A DNA stretch of 64,000 bases from positions 53,511-117,510 of IMG/VR virus record IMGVR_UViG_3300021478_000019. The stretch is one strand, 5' to 3'. This document shows positions 53,501 through 62,852 of this stretch, piece by piece; within the stretch, counting starts at the first letter, position 1; each line of letters begins with the position of its first letter. The position numbers and the translations under genes are program-made. The DNA is from a virus. Under the pieces are notes generated by a model. It was given only the letters and a program-made list of their open reading frames with translations. It searched no databases and was not told where the DNA came from.

Positions 53501-55295
53501 GGCTGGCCTGACTATCACCCCGTTGGCAACCGAGGTGGCTTCGGTTGTCCTCTCGGGTAGCACCATCCTGACCGTCTCGGCGGGGGGAACCCAGGCCGGC
53601 ATCGTCGTTCTGGGACCAGCGGTTGCTGGTCTGACCGTCACTGGCTTGGTCACTGAAGTCGCATCGGCAGCCCTGGCGGCTACCGCCGGCATGACCGTGG
53701 GTGCCACGGTTCAGCAGGTTGCCGGCGTCACATTGGCGGGCGCAGCGCAGCTGACCATTACGCCTCTGGTGACCGAACTGGCGTCGGTTGCTCTGGCCGT
53801 TAGTACCACTCTCACGGTCGCGGCAGGAGGCACTCAAGCCGCCAGCGTGGCTCTGGCAGGTTCCACCGGGATGACGGTGCTGGGCCTGGTCACCCAGGTG
53901 GCCACGGTGGCCCTGGCCGCGACTGCTGGCATGACGGTCACGTCGGTTGTCACCGTGATCGCTGGTGGTGCCGCCCAACCAGCGTCCCTGAGAGCGACCT
54001 CGACCGGTAGTACCGGTGCTGCGGCAGCGACCTCCTTCACTGTCGCCCAGCCCGCTGGCCTGGCAACTGGTGACACCTGCCTGCTGTACGTCGCCACCAA
54101 CGCCTTGGCCCGTACCGCCACGGCGACCGGGTTCACCGCTGTCACGCCCACCTCGGGCAATAGCCAGTCCCTGAACCTGTTGTACCGGACTATCACCGGG
54201 GCTGAGTCCTGGCCTCTGACGGTGACCGTCAGCGGTGCAGCTGCTGAGTCTGTCGGCGTCATCTATGCGGCCCAGGGCGCGGTTGGGTTTGATCCGCTCC
54301 CGGCAAGCTCAGGGCAGACCAACGCCTCCAGCACCACCATCACTACCGCCGGGATCACCACCACCCTCAACAACGACCTGGTGGTGTGGTTCGGGAACTG
54401 CTCCAGCGCCTCGGGTGGGGCCCCGAACCTCATCACCGCTCCCGCCGGCACCACGGCTCGCTCGGCCCAGATCAATACCTCCAACGGGAGTACGACCAAC
54501 CTGGGTGCCCTGGTTGCGGACACGGTTCAGGCCACAGCAGGCGCCAACACTCTGAACGGCACCATCGCCAGCCCGTCCCGAGTAACTGGCGGGGTAGCGG
54601 TGGCACTGCAGGGCACTCCTGCTGCCGGCATTAGCTTTGGCGCCTCTGCGGGGCTGACGGTATCGGCTGGTGGTATTCAGAGCGCCGCGGTCTCTCAGTC
54701 GGCCACCGCAGGACTGAATGTCTCGCCCTTGGTCACCGAACTGGCTGCGGTGTCCATGGCGGCGTCGACAACATGGACCGGGATATCCCTGCCGTCCACC
54801 GTCCAGGGTCAGGTCAGCATGGCCCCGGTCTCTTCTCTGGTGGTGGCCGGCCAGGTGCTGGGGAACGATGCGGTGGTAATGGTGGCCACCGCAGCCCTAA
54901 CCAGCCAATCTCTGCCGCAGGTTGTCACTGGCCAGGTCAGCATGGCCTCTCAGGCGGCGTTGAGTATTTCCGCCAAGCCCATCGAGGTCGCCACGTTCTT
55001 GGCCACAGCGGTAGCATCGCTCATGGTCTTCGTGGTGCCTCGGATAGCGGGCTCGACGGTATTCACGGCCACGTCGGGCATGATCGTGGTGGCTGACACC
55101 TCTCCTGGCGTGCGGGTCCACATGAGCGCCACCGCCTCCATGATGGTGACCGCTGAGGTGCATCACATCAGCCCGGTGTTCCCAACCTTGGCTGAGCAGA
55201 TTGCCGCCGTAGCCGGCGAGGATCCCATCCTGCTGGGCGCCACCGGCTATGGCGACGACGTCTTCACGTCCCGGTTGGTGGGTGACACGAACTAG
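50583..55295 (+). CDS. Giant repetitive virion fibre/adhesin (about 1570 aa)
   Basis: Many ~20-aa repeats 'VTEVASVALAGTAGMTVAAS'; two copies of a ~185-aa lectin-like domain; beta-rich terminal domains. Confidence 0.8.
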   Translation: MPSYNWLGYPQYPNSVAWGTGRVVSNPTEQETWGLPDGGLSRIVNPNLQGPVTGPRLVAAGPITQAVGGVISPTFGAPTTVGNLLVCLLIGSSNNSIATNPNSAWALTASRQSPTICSMYSRFNCLAGESPPTFTDGSGGSNFGSGILLEFAGVLTTSPIDQQGSVANTTNPFTFTMGGVDSAAGDLLVAVSGNANTTPPTGATMSFSNASANVIGSLVSHQVSGVFAWGVTTTNASANAATTTWTGGSGTNQFNCTMASFKAAGPPLVTGAITLAATAGLTTANESVTEVASVTLAGTAGLTVAATTAPGGVQKFDTLVDTFTGSSLNASVWNFSGTNVAVVANQLQISSSLSAATYQCFTQNFYDLTNSQLAIQLANGGTQTINSWQDFPILLQDSGGTNQLYWYTLQGAIAAYKVVAGTSTQVFFATYSSTTHQWLRIREASGTTYWEYSADGITWVTAHSEADPITETSLRLIIQAGQYNVETSTTAALYDNVNNLPVAVTMAGTAGMTVGAVVTEVAAVPMAATTSLTVTPVQKFNTLVDDFSSGSLSPTLWNHSASNTAVVSQQLQISSSLTATEYQVFSQNYYDLTNSQVVIQLVNAGNESINSWQNNPILLMDPTGTNQLYWYVLQGTIAAYKMVANTTTQVFAAAYSSTTHQWLRIREASGTTYWDYSADGANWTTAHSEADPIAEYFLRLIIQAGQYNVEASTTTATYDNVNNPPVFVTLAGSAGLTVAAAVTEIAGAALTATAALTVAATVTEQAAVPLAASAGMTVAASVTQLASVVLAGGAALNVSALVTEVAAVTETATAGMTVGALVTEVASVALAGTAGMTVAATRTQFATVPLAGTAGMTVAASVTELTAVSLAGTAGMTVVASVTEVASVALSGTAGMTVAASVTEVASVPLAATAGMTVAGTWVQQASVPLAASTTLTMTALVTEVAAVALAGSASLTVAGIRTQLASVALSGTAGLTITPLATEVASVVLSGSTILTVSAGGTQAGIVVLGPAVAGLTVTGLVTEVASAALAATAGMTVGATVQQVAGVTLAGAAQLTITPLVTELASVALAVSTTLTVAAGGTQAASVALAGSTGMTVLGLVTQVATVALAATAGMTVTSVVTVIAGGAAQPASLRATSTGSTGAAAATSFTVAQPAGLATGDTCLLYVATNALARTATATGFTAVTPTSGNSQSLNLLYRTITGAESWPLTVTVSGAAAESVGVIYAAQGAVGFDPLPASSGQTNASSTTITTAGITTTLNNDLVVWFGNCSSASGGAPNLITAPAGTTARSAQINTSNGSTTNLGALVADTVQATAGANTLNGTIASPSRVTGGVAVALQGTPAAGISFGASAGLTVSAGGIQSAAVSQSATAGLNVSPLVTELAAVSMAASTTWTGISLPSTVQGQVSMAPVSSLVVAGQVLGNDAVVMVATAALTSQSLPQVVTGQVSMASQAALSISAKPIEVATFLATAVASLMVFVVPRIAGSTVFTATSGMIVVADTSPGVRVHMSATASMMVTAEVHHISPVFPTLAEQIAAVAGEDPILLGATGYGDDVFTSRLVGDTN
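51519..52750 (+). repeat. Internal duplication of a ~560-bp domain (about 51519-52080 and 52191-52750)
   Basis: Both copies run from VQKFxTLVD to HQWLRIREASGTTYW...YDNVNN. Confidence 0.9.
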
Positions 55296-55491
55296 TCGGC
55301 TCCTTCGATTTCCCTCTTCCGAGTCGTTCCAGCAGCGAGTCCAGGGGAACTACGCCCACCATGAGCAACCCCGCGATGATCTCGGTGACATGAGTGCCAG
55401 ACGTAACAACGGCGTCGATGATGACCCATACGCCTAGCACGAAGAGGATGGCCTGTCGAGCTAGGGCGAAGACCTCCCGAACCGTCTTCGT
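55264..55491 (-). CDS. Holin-like 2-TM protein lacking a canonical start, in frame after the endolysin stop
   Basis: Translates TKTVREVFALARQAILFVLGVWVIIDAV...EIIAGLLMVGVVPLD, a paralog of 61482..61739. Confidence 0.6.
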   Translation of the reverse strand, partial: TKTVREVFALARQAILFVLGVWVIIDAVVTSGTHVTEIIAGLLMVGVVPLDSLLERLGRGKSKEPTSSCHPPTGT

Positions 55492-56304
55492 TCAAGTCAC
55501 CGCTGAGGTCCAGCTAGTACTCCAAGTGGTTGGGCCCACCAGGCCGTCCACCGAGAGCCCCTTCTCGGATTGGAATTGACGACACACACTCTCACTGGCT
55601 GGACCGTACATTCCGTCCGCGGGGCCTATCCCTGACCAACCACGGGCCAGCATCTGCCGTTGCCACGTCGCCACGTTCGTATTATCCACGCCGCCGTAGT
55701 AGCCGGAATGACAGTGTGGGTCGGAGGAGGGCTGTCCGAGATAGTCACTGGATGGGTAGGGAAAGGCCGGCGCTTTCCCAGCCGGCGGTGGCGTGGGCGT
55801 AGGAGATGGCGCAGGAGCAGGCTTTCCACCGGCGGCGGTGAGGATGGCCTGGCGACGGTTCTTGCGGAGGTCACCGGGACAACCAGTATGGCCACCCCAT
55901 GAAGATCCACCCATGCCGTGCCAGGCGAAGCCTCTCTGGCCGGGAGTCTCGGCTAGTACCAGGGGCCAACCGTAGGTCTGGGCCCCCCATTGGTACAGCC
56001 TGGCCAGCATGGCCTCAGCTGCTGGAGTGAATGCCTCGGTGTCGTAGCCTTCGGTCTCGACCGAGTTGTAGGTGGAGTTGCCATTGGCTTGCGCCCAGGC
56101 GCAGACGTTGGCGTCAACGTACTGCTCTAGCGCCCCGGACTTTGACACCCACCATGTCGACGAGGCACCGGCCTGGGGATTGTTAAACCATCCGGCCAGC
56201 GAGTTGTTGCCTTGCTGCACATGCAGCACCAGGCCCAGATGGGAGGACATGACCCCACCGTGACCAGAGACCGGCTTCCATACCGCGAAGGGGCAGACGG
56301 TCAT
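55492..56304 (-). CDS. Endolysin: N-acetylmuramoyl-L-alanine amidase + peptidoglycan-binding domain
   Basis: 'LVLH', 'AWAQANGN...SVETEG', 'H..CPG', 'FQSEKGLSVDGLVGPTTW'. Confidence 0.92.
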   Translation of the reverse strand: MTVCPFAVWKPVSGHGGVMSSHLGLVLHVQQGNNSLAGWFNNPQAGASSTWWVSKSGALEQYVDANVCAWAQANGNSTYNSVETEGYDTEAFTPAAEAMLARLYQWGAQTYGWPLVLAETPGQRGFAWHGMGGSSWGGHTGCPGDLRKNRRQAILTAAGGKPAPAPSPTPTPPPAGKAPAFPYPSSDYLGQPSSDPHCHSGYYGGVDNTNVATWQRQMLARGWSGIGPADGMYGPASESVCRQFQSEKGLSVDGLVGPTTWSTSWTSAVT

Positions 56305-56417
56305 GACTTCTCCTCGCCTGGCAGTGGTTGCGGCTGAGGCGGCACATCGGGCTCGTCGGGATGCTCTCCCGAGAACTCGGTACCGCCCTTGTCGTCGATG
56401 GGTTCGGTATTGCTCAT
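56301..56417 (-). CDS. Small acidic peptide (38 aa)
   Basis: AAGGAGG RBS; ATGA overlap with the endolysin gene. Confidence 0.55.
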   Translation of the reverse strand: MSNTEPIDDKGGTEFSGEHPDEPDVPPQPQPLPGEEKS

Positions 56418-56430
56418 GGTTCCTCCTTGG

Positions 56431-57576
56431 TCACGGGAAAGCTGTCCAAGAGACCGCTATCTGCACGCCGTTGGCTGGCGCGGCGGCGTAGTTGATCCCC
56501 AGGAAGGTGGCGTCCTTGGTGTACCAGCAGCCCAGGCTGGCCTGGTTCATCGGTGTCAGGGTGGCCCGGCTGGGTAGGTGCCCAATGGTGTGGGGCACGG
56601 TGAAGGAGGTCAGGGTGCCGTTACCGGTGAAGAAAGCCTCCCCACCTTTGGCCGCTCCGATCCCTGCCGCGGCGGCGTCCACGTACTGCTTGGTGGCTAC
56701 GCCCAGAGCGGCAGCGGGATCCTGCGTCACCGTCACCGCACCGGTCTTGCTGACGCTCAGCCACTCATTCCAGACGTTGGTGCCGGGGACGGTGTTGGGT
56801 GGCTGGAAGGCCACGGCCCAGTGGCTGGATCCGATGATCTGGGGATAGGGCGGGCCCCCGACCGGGTTGTAGCTCTGGACATAGCCCCAGTACCAGGACT
56901 CCTGGGTGGGGTCGTCGTAGCCACCGAAGTCGGTGTAGGCGTTCTGCATCATGCCCACCAGGCGCTTGGCCAGGGCGGTGCCGGTGGTGTTGTTGACGAC
57001 GCGCCCGTAGGGGAGCGTGCCGTAGCCGTCGATCTCGATACCGCCGCCGCCCACGGTGAACTGGCGCTGTTGAGTGATGGTGACGCCCAGTTCCCATCCG
57101 CCCACGGTGCCGAAGCGCAGGTTGGCCGGGTTGCCGCCGCCCCGGATGAGGGTGTAGCTCTCGGGCTGAGCCACCCAGAAGGTGCAGCCCGACACGTAGT
57201 AGCCGAGGTCGGGCTCGCCGGGGATGTAGCCCTGACCTTGCATCTGGAGTCCAAAGGCAGCCTTGGTGATGTCCTGGCGGTAGAACTCGCTCCTGACCGG
57301 GTCCCAGTAGGCGTTGGTCAGGAACCAGACGTCACCGGAGATGGAGTACACCTGGGCTCGGATGACATTGCCGGTGTCGGTGAAGTTGAGCGGCAACTGC
57401 ATGCCGGCAATCCCGTTGACCTGGGGGTTGGGGTAAGTGCCCTTCAGGTCGCCACCAGCTGTGCCCGAAGTCTGTGCGCTCTGGAGGGAAATGACCGCTC
57501 CGTTGACCTGGTTGTGCTGATCGGCGTGAAGGTTGGCTTGAGCGATCTGATCGTTGAGGTCAGTACGTAGCACCAT
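56431..57576 (-). CDS. Tail fibre/spike-like protein
   Basis: 'AGGDLKGTYPNP', 'ATKQYVD', 'TGNGTLTSFTVPH'. Confidence 0.75.
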   Translation of the reverse strand: MVLRTDLNDQIAQANLHADQHNQVNGAVISLQSAQTSGTAGGDLKGTYPNPQVNGIAGMQLPLNFTDTGNVIRAQVYSISGDVWFLTNAYWDPVRSEFYRQDITKAAFGLQMQGQGYIPGEPDLGYYVSGCTFWVAQPESYTLIRGGGNPANLRFGTVGGWELGVTITQQRQFTVGGGGIEIDGYGTLPYGRVVNNTTGTALAKRLVGMMQNAYTDFGGYDDPTQESWYWGYVQSYNPVGGPPYPQIIGSSHWAVAFQPPNTVPGTNVWNEWLSVSKTGAVTVTQDPAAALGVATKQYVDAAAAGIGAAKGGEAFFTGNGTLTSFTVPHTIGHLPSRATLTPMNQASLGCWYTKDATFLGINYAAAPANGVQIAVSWTAFP

Positions 57577-58365
57577 TTATGCTCCTCCGATCCAAGAGAT
57601 TGCGTCGAGGAAAACCTGACCCGACGAGGTGCGTGGCGGGAACCGCAGCCGGATATTCCCATCGGTGCTGACGTCGACGCGGTAGAACTGGGCCGGGACA
57701 ACATCTTCGACCGCGGTCACCGTGGTGGTGAGGGCGGGGACGGTCCCCGGTGGGCACTGGGCCATGATGGAGCCATCAGGCGGGCTGCCACCGGGGAAGT
57801 AGACCTCCCCCAGGAGTTGGCAGCGACCCCAGGCGTCGACCATGAAGTGAGCCTGGGAGCCCGGCACTATTTTCCACGGTGCGGTGATGAGGACGCTGAA
57901 GTCCTGCCACTGGGGAGGCACCAGCTGACCCATGCTGCCAGGGGCGCCAGTCGGCCCGACCGGGCCCTGGGCTCCTCTGGGACCTACCGCACCTTGGAGA
58001 CCTTGCTGGCCTGTTGGCCCCGGAATCCCGTTGGGCCCCTGGGGTCCAGTTGCGATGTTCAGGGCTAGCCAACCTGCCACCGGATCGTGGTAGTAGACGA
58101 CATAGCTGTTGGTTCCGACCAGCCACACCAGGCCGGCTTGAGATGGTAGGGGGGTGGCGGGGAGATGGCTGATGTCAGGGACCACGGCGGCGATGACGAA
58201 GCCCCCTGGGGGTCCCACCGGACCAGGGGGACCGGGTATCCCTGCTGGTCCGGTAGGCCCTTGCACCCCACTTGCTCCTACCGGCCCCGGAGGACCCGGC
58301 GGGCCAGGCAGGCCCGGAGTGAGGATCTCGATGACGTTGTCGAGGGGAGTGGTGACGACGCTCAT
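57577..58365 (-). CDS. Collagen-repeat fibre protein
   Basis: Two Gly-X-Y runs and a beta-rich C-terminal domain. Confidence 0.8.
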   Translation of the reverse strand: MSVVTTPLDNVIEILTPGLPGPPGPPGPVGASGVQGPTGPAGIPGPPGPVGPPGGFVIAAVVPDISHLPATPLPSQAGLVWLVGTNSYVVYYHDPVAGWLALNIATGPQGPNGIPGPTGQQGLQGAVGPRGAQGPVGPTGAPGSMGQLVPPQWQDFSVLITAPWKIVPGSQAHFMVDAWGRCQLLGEVYFPGGSPPDGSIMAQCPPGTVPALTTTVTAVEDVVPAQFYRVDVSTDGNIRLRFPPRTSSGQVFLDAISWIGGA

Positions 58366-60101
58366 GTGACCTCCAGGTCAACCCAGTAGTTCTGGAAGAG
58401 GGATCCAGCAGCGCTGTTGACCCCGACGTACAGGTTCGGGAAAGAGTTGGGTGGGCCGACCTGGAATGGTGCCTGACCGGGTTCAGGGATGGCTGGTGTC
58501 GGAATACCGGGGACAGCCCCCTGGTACGCATAACAGTTTTTGGCGTGGCTGGTAGTAGGAGCCATGAGTGGGCCTTGCACGATGTCGTTGCTGGCGATGA
58601 CAGCTTGGGCGGTATAGCCACCCGGCGCGATTCCCCAGTAGCTGAGGCGTTTTGCTCCCCAACCGTCAGCCCCGCCATTGGCGTCGTAAACTGACACTCG
58701 ATATAGCCCTGCCGGTAGTGTCCCTGACATCACGCAGTACAGCCAGCCTGCTCCTGCTGACCCGGCGTTGCCATTAGGCAGCTTCCAGGCTGGCGCACCG
58801 TTGGTGGCCACATTCGTCCCGGTGAGACCGCTGGCATCTACGCTCCAGATGTCCGCAGAAGTGCAAAGAGTGGTGGCACCACTGGGGCTGTAGTACCAGA
58901 TCTTGTTCAGGGTGCAGGTCCGAGACAGGTGAACCTCGGTGCCGATGATGTAGGCGACATGGTCGTCGGGTGCGGTTACCGAATCGGCCCCAGACCGATT
59001 GGGCCACAGTCGGTAGCTGCCTGCGTACCCTCCAGGGGCCCACGTTGCAATCTGAACGTCCACCCAGAAGTTGTCTGTTCCTGACGGGGTGATAGGCATC
59101 ACCAGCGAGGGATCATTGCCGCCCACACTGAAGCAACCCTGTGCCCCCCAAGGACTTGCTTGCCCGCCGGCATAATAGGACGTCCCTTGGGGTCCCCAGG
59201 CATGTAGTGGCCCGTTGGTGACCCCATTGACTCCGGTGGTCCCCCAGTAGTTAACGCTGTCGGGGAAGGGGCCATTACAACCGATGGCGGCAATGAAGCT
59301 GTCACCGATGGAGATAGGGACCGGTGCAGCTAGTGGGATGTAGTTCCAGCCGGGAGTAAGTGGGCCGGAAGTAACAACGCTGCCGGGTACCACCGTGCCG
59401 GTCGTCGCCCCTGACTGACTCCAGAGCGCGCACTTGGTCGGACCTGTTGGTTGCCCGCCACTGGAACAGAGCCACCACCAGTAACCCTGGAGCCAACATC
59501 CACTTTGCTGAACTGTGAACGCCGTACCTGAGATGAAGCTGGTGGGGGTACCGGTGGCTGCCGCTGGGCCGTTGGTCGCGGGCCAGAGCCGATAGACCGG
59601 CCCAGCACCGGCAACGATGTTCATTCCGGTCGTAGCAGACATGGCCACCGTGCCCTGCTCGGTCGGTGGGCCTGGTGGGGTCACAGGAATGGGTGGTGCG
59701 AGGTCGTTCTGCTGGCTGATGTTCGGGTCGACGTAGAAGAAGCCCCGCATGATCCGGTCCTGCGCCCCGCTGGCATAGAGGGCGAATAGGTCGTAGACAT
59801 AGGACCGCCCGATGCCCCAGATGCCCACCGCCTGGTTGGCGCCTGGGTAGTTCCCGGTGGCGAAGGCGGCTTCGCTGTCCTCTGCGCTGATATGCAGCTG
59901 TATGGAGGCTCCATCGCTCAGGATGGCGCAGCGCCCACTGATGGAGTCCAGCCGCAGGGATAGGTTGCCGTTGGAGTTGCGGATCTCCATGACGGCATCG
60001 CTCATGGCGACGAGTTGGTTGGTGGCGGGATCCCGCAGCCGGATGACCTTCTGCCAGTCGGCCCCGGCGTCGAGCGTGAAGTTGTACTGGACGAGGGGCA
60101 T
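58362..60101 (-). CDS. Virion protein with two DUF4082-like domains
   Basis: Two repeats 'YRLWP...G..F/H...NFWVD / NYWVD'. Confidence 0.75.
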   Translation of the reverse strand: MPLVQYNFTLDAGADWQKVIRLRDPATNQLVAMSDAVMEIRNSNGNLSLRLDSISGRCAILSDGASIQLHISAEDSEAAFATGNYPGANQAVGIWGIGRSYVYDLFALYASGAQDRIMRGFFYVDPNISQQNDLAPPIPVTPPGPPTEQGTVAMSATTGMNIVAGAGPVYRLWPATNGPAAATGTPTSFISGTAFTVQQSGCWLQGYWWWLCSSGGQPTGPTKCALWSQSGATTGTVVPGSVVTSGPLTPGWNYIPLAAPVPISIGDSFIAAIGCNGPFPDSVNYWGTTGVNGVTNGPLHAWGPQGTSYYAGGQASPWGAQGCFSVGGNDPSLVMPITPSGTDNFWVDVQIATWAPGGYAGSYRLWPNRSGADSVTAPDDHVAYIIGTEVHLSRTCTLNKIWYYSPSGATTLCTSADIWSVDASGLTGTNVATNGAPAWKLPNGNAGSAGAGWLYCVMSGTLPAGLYRVSVYDANGGADGWGAKRLSYWGIAPGGYTAQAVIASNDIVQGPLMAPTTSHAKNCYAYQGAVPGIPTPAIPEPGQAPFQVGPPNSFPNLYVGVNSAAGSLFQNYWVDLEVT

Positions 60102-60102
60102 G

Positions 60103-60606
60103 TCACCACACCAGGGTCTGTGAGAAGAAGTCGGCTTGCTGGGTGTCGTTGACCTGCTCTTCACCCTTGACCTGCTCGCCCAGCGCCGAGATGGTCAGGT
60201 AGGTGCCATGAACCAGCCCTTGCTTTTCGTACTTCGTCACCCGGTAAATGTTGTTGTCATACTGGAAGCGGTCACGGAAATGGCTGGCGGTATTAAGGGC
60301 CGTCACCCGGAACCGGTCGGTAGCTGCGGTGACTTGGAAGACCACGCTGGCGGTGGACAGGACGTAGAAGCCATCGGCGGTGTCGAGGGGGTCATCCTGG
60401 CGGAAGTCGAGGAACATCACCGGCAGGATGGTCGGCGGGTACCAGATTCGGCTGGGCCCCTCGTCGTAGACGGTGTTCTTCGACGACGACATGGCGTCGT
60501 ACTCAAACCAGAGGACGCTTTCGCCCCAGACGCGCTGATAGGTCCGCATTATTTCGTTCATGCGGAGGATGCGGTCTTTGCCGTACCAGGCAGATGTGTA
60601 GGGCAT
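60103..60606 (-). CDS. Putative head-closure/neck protein
   Basis: 'VYDEG..R.W...ILPV', 'DRFQYDNNIYRV'; next to the adaptor gene. Confidence 0.6.
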   Translation of the reverse strand: MPYTSAWYGKDRILRMNEIMRTYQRVWGESVLWFEYDAMSSSKNTVYDEGPSRIWYPPTILPVMFLDFRQDDPLDTADGFYVLSTASVVFQVTAATDRFRVTALNTASHFRDRFQYDNNIYRVTKYEKQGLVHGTYLTISALGEQVKGEEQVNDTQQADFFSQTLVW

Positions 60607-60633
60607 CGCAACCAGCGTATTCGCTGGGCTCAG

Positions 60634-61269
60634 CTAGCCGAATACACAGGCGAACAGGGTGACATTCTGGAAGCCTTGACCTTTGACCGTCAGCGCCTCC
60701 GGTGTGAAGCCGGTGGGACAGGTCATGCCGGGTGGTCCCTGTTGGCCTTGTGGTCCTGGTAGGCCCCGAGGTCCCCGTGCCCCGGCGGCTCCCGTCTTTC
60801 CGGTGGCACCTGTCTCTCCTGGCGCGCCGGTTGCTCCCGGCGCTCCGGTGGCTCCGTTCTCTCCTCTCGCTCCTGCTGCTCCGGTCGCACCAGTAGCTCC
60901 CACAGATCCAGTTGCGCCTGGGGGTCCTGCTGGCCCAGGAGGGCCAACTGCTCCATTCGTTCCAGCAGATCCGGTCGAGCCAGTAGAACCTGTGCTACCC
61001 GTTGAGCCAGTAGATCCACCAGAACTTGGTGACGATCCATTCGTTCCGTTCTTTCCTGGCGGGCCTCGTTCGCCGTTGTGACCAGCTGGGCCCTGTGGTC
61101 CGGTGGCCCCGGTTGATCCTGGTGGCCCGGTCTTTCCAGGGGGCCCCGCTGGCCCTATACCTGGCTCGCTCTGACTTCCAGCTACGCCGAAGCTCACTGC
61201 CATGACAACAAAAATGACAGAGGCAATCAGTAGCAAGGTGGAGGAAACTGCGCCCTTATCCGTCCTCAT
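60634..61269 (-). CDS. Membrane-anchored collagen-like protein
   Basis: N-terminal TM, long Gly-X-Y run, C-terminal 'CPTGF...AC'. Confidence 0.8.
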   Translation of the reverse strand: MRTDKGAVSSTLLLIASVIFVVMAVSFGVAGSQSEPGIGPAGPPGKTGPPGSTGATGPQGPAGHNGERGPPGKNGTNGSSPSSGGSTGSTGSTGSTGSTGSAGTNGAVGPPGPAGPPGATGSVGATGATGAAGARGENGATGAPGATGAPGETGATGKTGAAGARGPRGLPGPQGQQGPPGMTCPTGFTPEALTVKGQGFQNVTLFACVFG

Positions 61270-61489
61270 TTTTGACTTCTTTAGTCGGCTCTTCTTCGAT
61301 TTCCTCGGGATGTCTCATTCGTAGTCGATGGATCTCGGCTGCCTTGGCCTCGGCTTCCTTGCGAGTCTCCTCCAAGGTCTCTTCGCACTCCCTGGTGCCG
61401 GTGTTCTTGGCCCTGGTCACTGCCGCCACGGCGGTGATGACGGCGGCAGTGCCGGTGAGGATGGCGGCGATGGTTGTTCCCTCAGCCAC
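61256..61489 (-). CDS. Small membrane protein (TM + coiled coil), lysis-associated
   Basis: 'IAAILTGTAAVITAVAAV'. Confidence 0.7.
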   Translation of the reverse strand: MAEGTTIAAILTGTAAVITAVAAVTRAKNTGTRECEETLEETRKEAEAKAAEIHRLRMRHPEEIEEEPTKEVKNEDG

Positions 61490-61739
61490 CTCTGCGTCTT
61501 CTGGATGCCGTCATCGATTTGATGGCCTCATCGATAGGCAGCACGCCGACCATGATCATGCCGATGATGAGTTCCGGTACCACGTACTGTCGGTCCCAGA
61601 GGGCATCGATCATGATGGCCACCCCCAGGGCGAACACAATGATGCGCCGGATGACGTTGAAGCGTTCCCTGGGTGAAATCTTGGGGGGTCGGTAGGTAGG
61701 TAGCTCGTCTGGGGTGTACTCGGGCTCCTCTTCGATCAC
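61482..61739 (-). CDS. Holin-like 2-TM protein
   Basis: 'IIVFALGVAIMIDAL...ELIIGMIMVGVLPID', basic C-terminus. Confidence 0.7.
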   Translation of the reverse strand: MIEEEPEYTPDELPTYRPPKISPRERFNVIRRIIVFALGVAIMIDALWDRQYVVPELIIGMIMVGVLPIDEAIKSMTASRRRRGG

Positions 61740-62852
61740 TCACCACCACCCCACCCAACCGGTGTTGATGGTGCTGTAGGCCCAGTAGTAGCCGCTGCCC
61801 ACGTTGGGGTCGACGTCGCGGGTGGGATCGATGTTGGTGTTGGGCTGGAGGCAGACGTAGCGACGGTTCTCCCAGTCGACGAGATCCTGGGCGGCGTAGG
61901 GCCTCGTCGAGGTCCACAGCCCCTGGTAGGTGTACATCTTCTGGGTGACATCGATGGCCGGCATCTCTCGCTGCGGCCAGGTCAAGTCGTCGTACTCCTT
62001 GCTCCGATATATGGGCACCAGCCGCTTGGTGGTGCGGCTCATGCGGCGCAGCCGGCTCTGGGTGATGCGGTAGAGCCCGACGCCCAGGGCCGAGGACAGG
62101 GCCAGGTACTGGGCCTGGAGCCGGTCGATCATCTCGGTGATCTGCTGGAAGGTCTGGCTGATGGGGATGGTCACGCCGTCCGGAGTGTGGACATCATGTT
62201 GCTGGGCGGCGCCCACGGCCAGGTCCCACAGGGCCATGATCGTGACCAGGATCGAGATGGGGTACTCCTCGACCTCGGCTATCTGCATGGGCGCGGTGGT
62301 GCCGTAGGTGATGGGCTGCCCGGCGCTGTTCAGCTGAGGCGGCATGACCGGTGGGTAGCCGGTGTCGATCTCGCCGGTCGGCTCCATGCCGTAGGTGTGC
62401 TGCACCATGGCGGTGCGGACGTAGAGGTCAAGCTCGGCGGGCAGGAAGTCCCTGAAGTAGGTGCCCTGCGCCACCATGAGCAGGCCCGAGGTGGGCGCTG
62501 CGTTGAAGGTGACGATCCCGCCGTGGTCGTCGAGCATGTAGTCGGTCCCAAGGGTCAGCCCGGTAGTACCCCCGGCGGTGGTGTCGGTGAGGACCACCTG
62601 GAGGGAGTCGCGCTGGATGTTCTCCACCGGTAGCTCAAAGCGCCAGGCCACGCCGCTACAGATCTGGCGGGCCAAGAAGGGTCGGGGCAGGTCTCGCAGT
62701 CGTAGCCTGGCCATCTGGGCGATGCGCTGGGTGGACTGCTGGTTGACCGGCGGGTACAGCTGCGCCTGATCGGTGTCGGGGTACTGGCCCGGCTGACCGG
62801 CAGTGATGTCATAGGGGTTCGGCAGCCCTGAGGGCCCCGTGACAAGGCTCAC
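61740..62852 (-). CDS. Head-tail adaptor-like protein with C-terminal CBM5/12-like domain
   Basis: 'EEYPISIL...ALWDLA...DV.TPDGVTIP..Q'; 'W...RPY...DLV.W..RRYVC'. Confidence 0.7.
   Translation of the reverse strand: MSLVTGPSGLPNPYDITAGQPGQYPDTDQAQLYPPVNQQSTQRIAQMARLRLRDLPRPFLARQICSGVAWRFELPVENIQRDSLQVVLTDTTAGGTTGLTLGTDYMLDDHGGIVTFNAAPTSGLLMVAQGTYFRDFLPAELDLYVRTAMVQHTYGMEPTGEIDTGYPPVMPPQLNSAGQPITYGTTAPMQIAEVEEYPISILVTIMALWDLAVGAAQQHDVHTPDGVTIPISQTFQQITEMIDRLQAQYLALSSALGVGLYRITQSRLRRMSRTTKRLVPIYRSKEYDDLTWPQREMPAIDVTQKMYTYQGLWTSTRPYAAQDLVDWENRRYVCLQPNTNIDPTRDVDPNVGSGYYWAYSTINTGWVGWW

Noticed and set aside
52750-53960. ~60-bp periodic repeats as a CRISPR array or DGR
   Set aside because: The repeats are in-frame coding units that vary at synonymous sites, with no unique spacers and no reverse transcriptase in the window.
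55292-55495. Track ORF MNEDGSGG... (67 aa)
   Set aside because: The composition looks like a shadow frame; the overlapping frame encodes a clear paralog of the holin-like gene.
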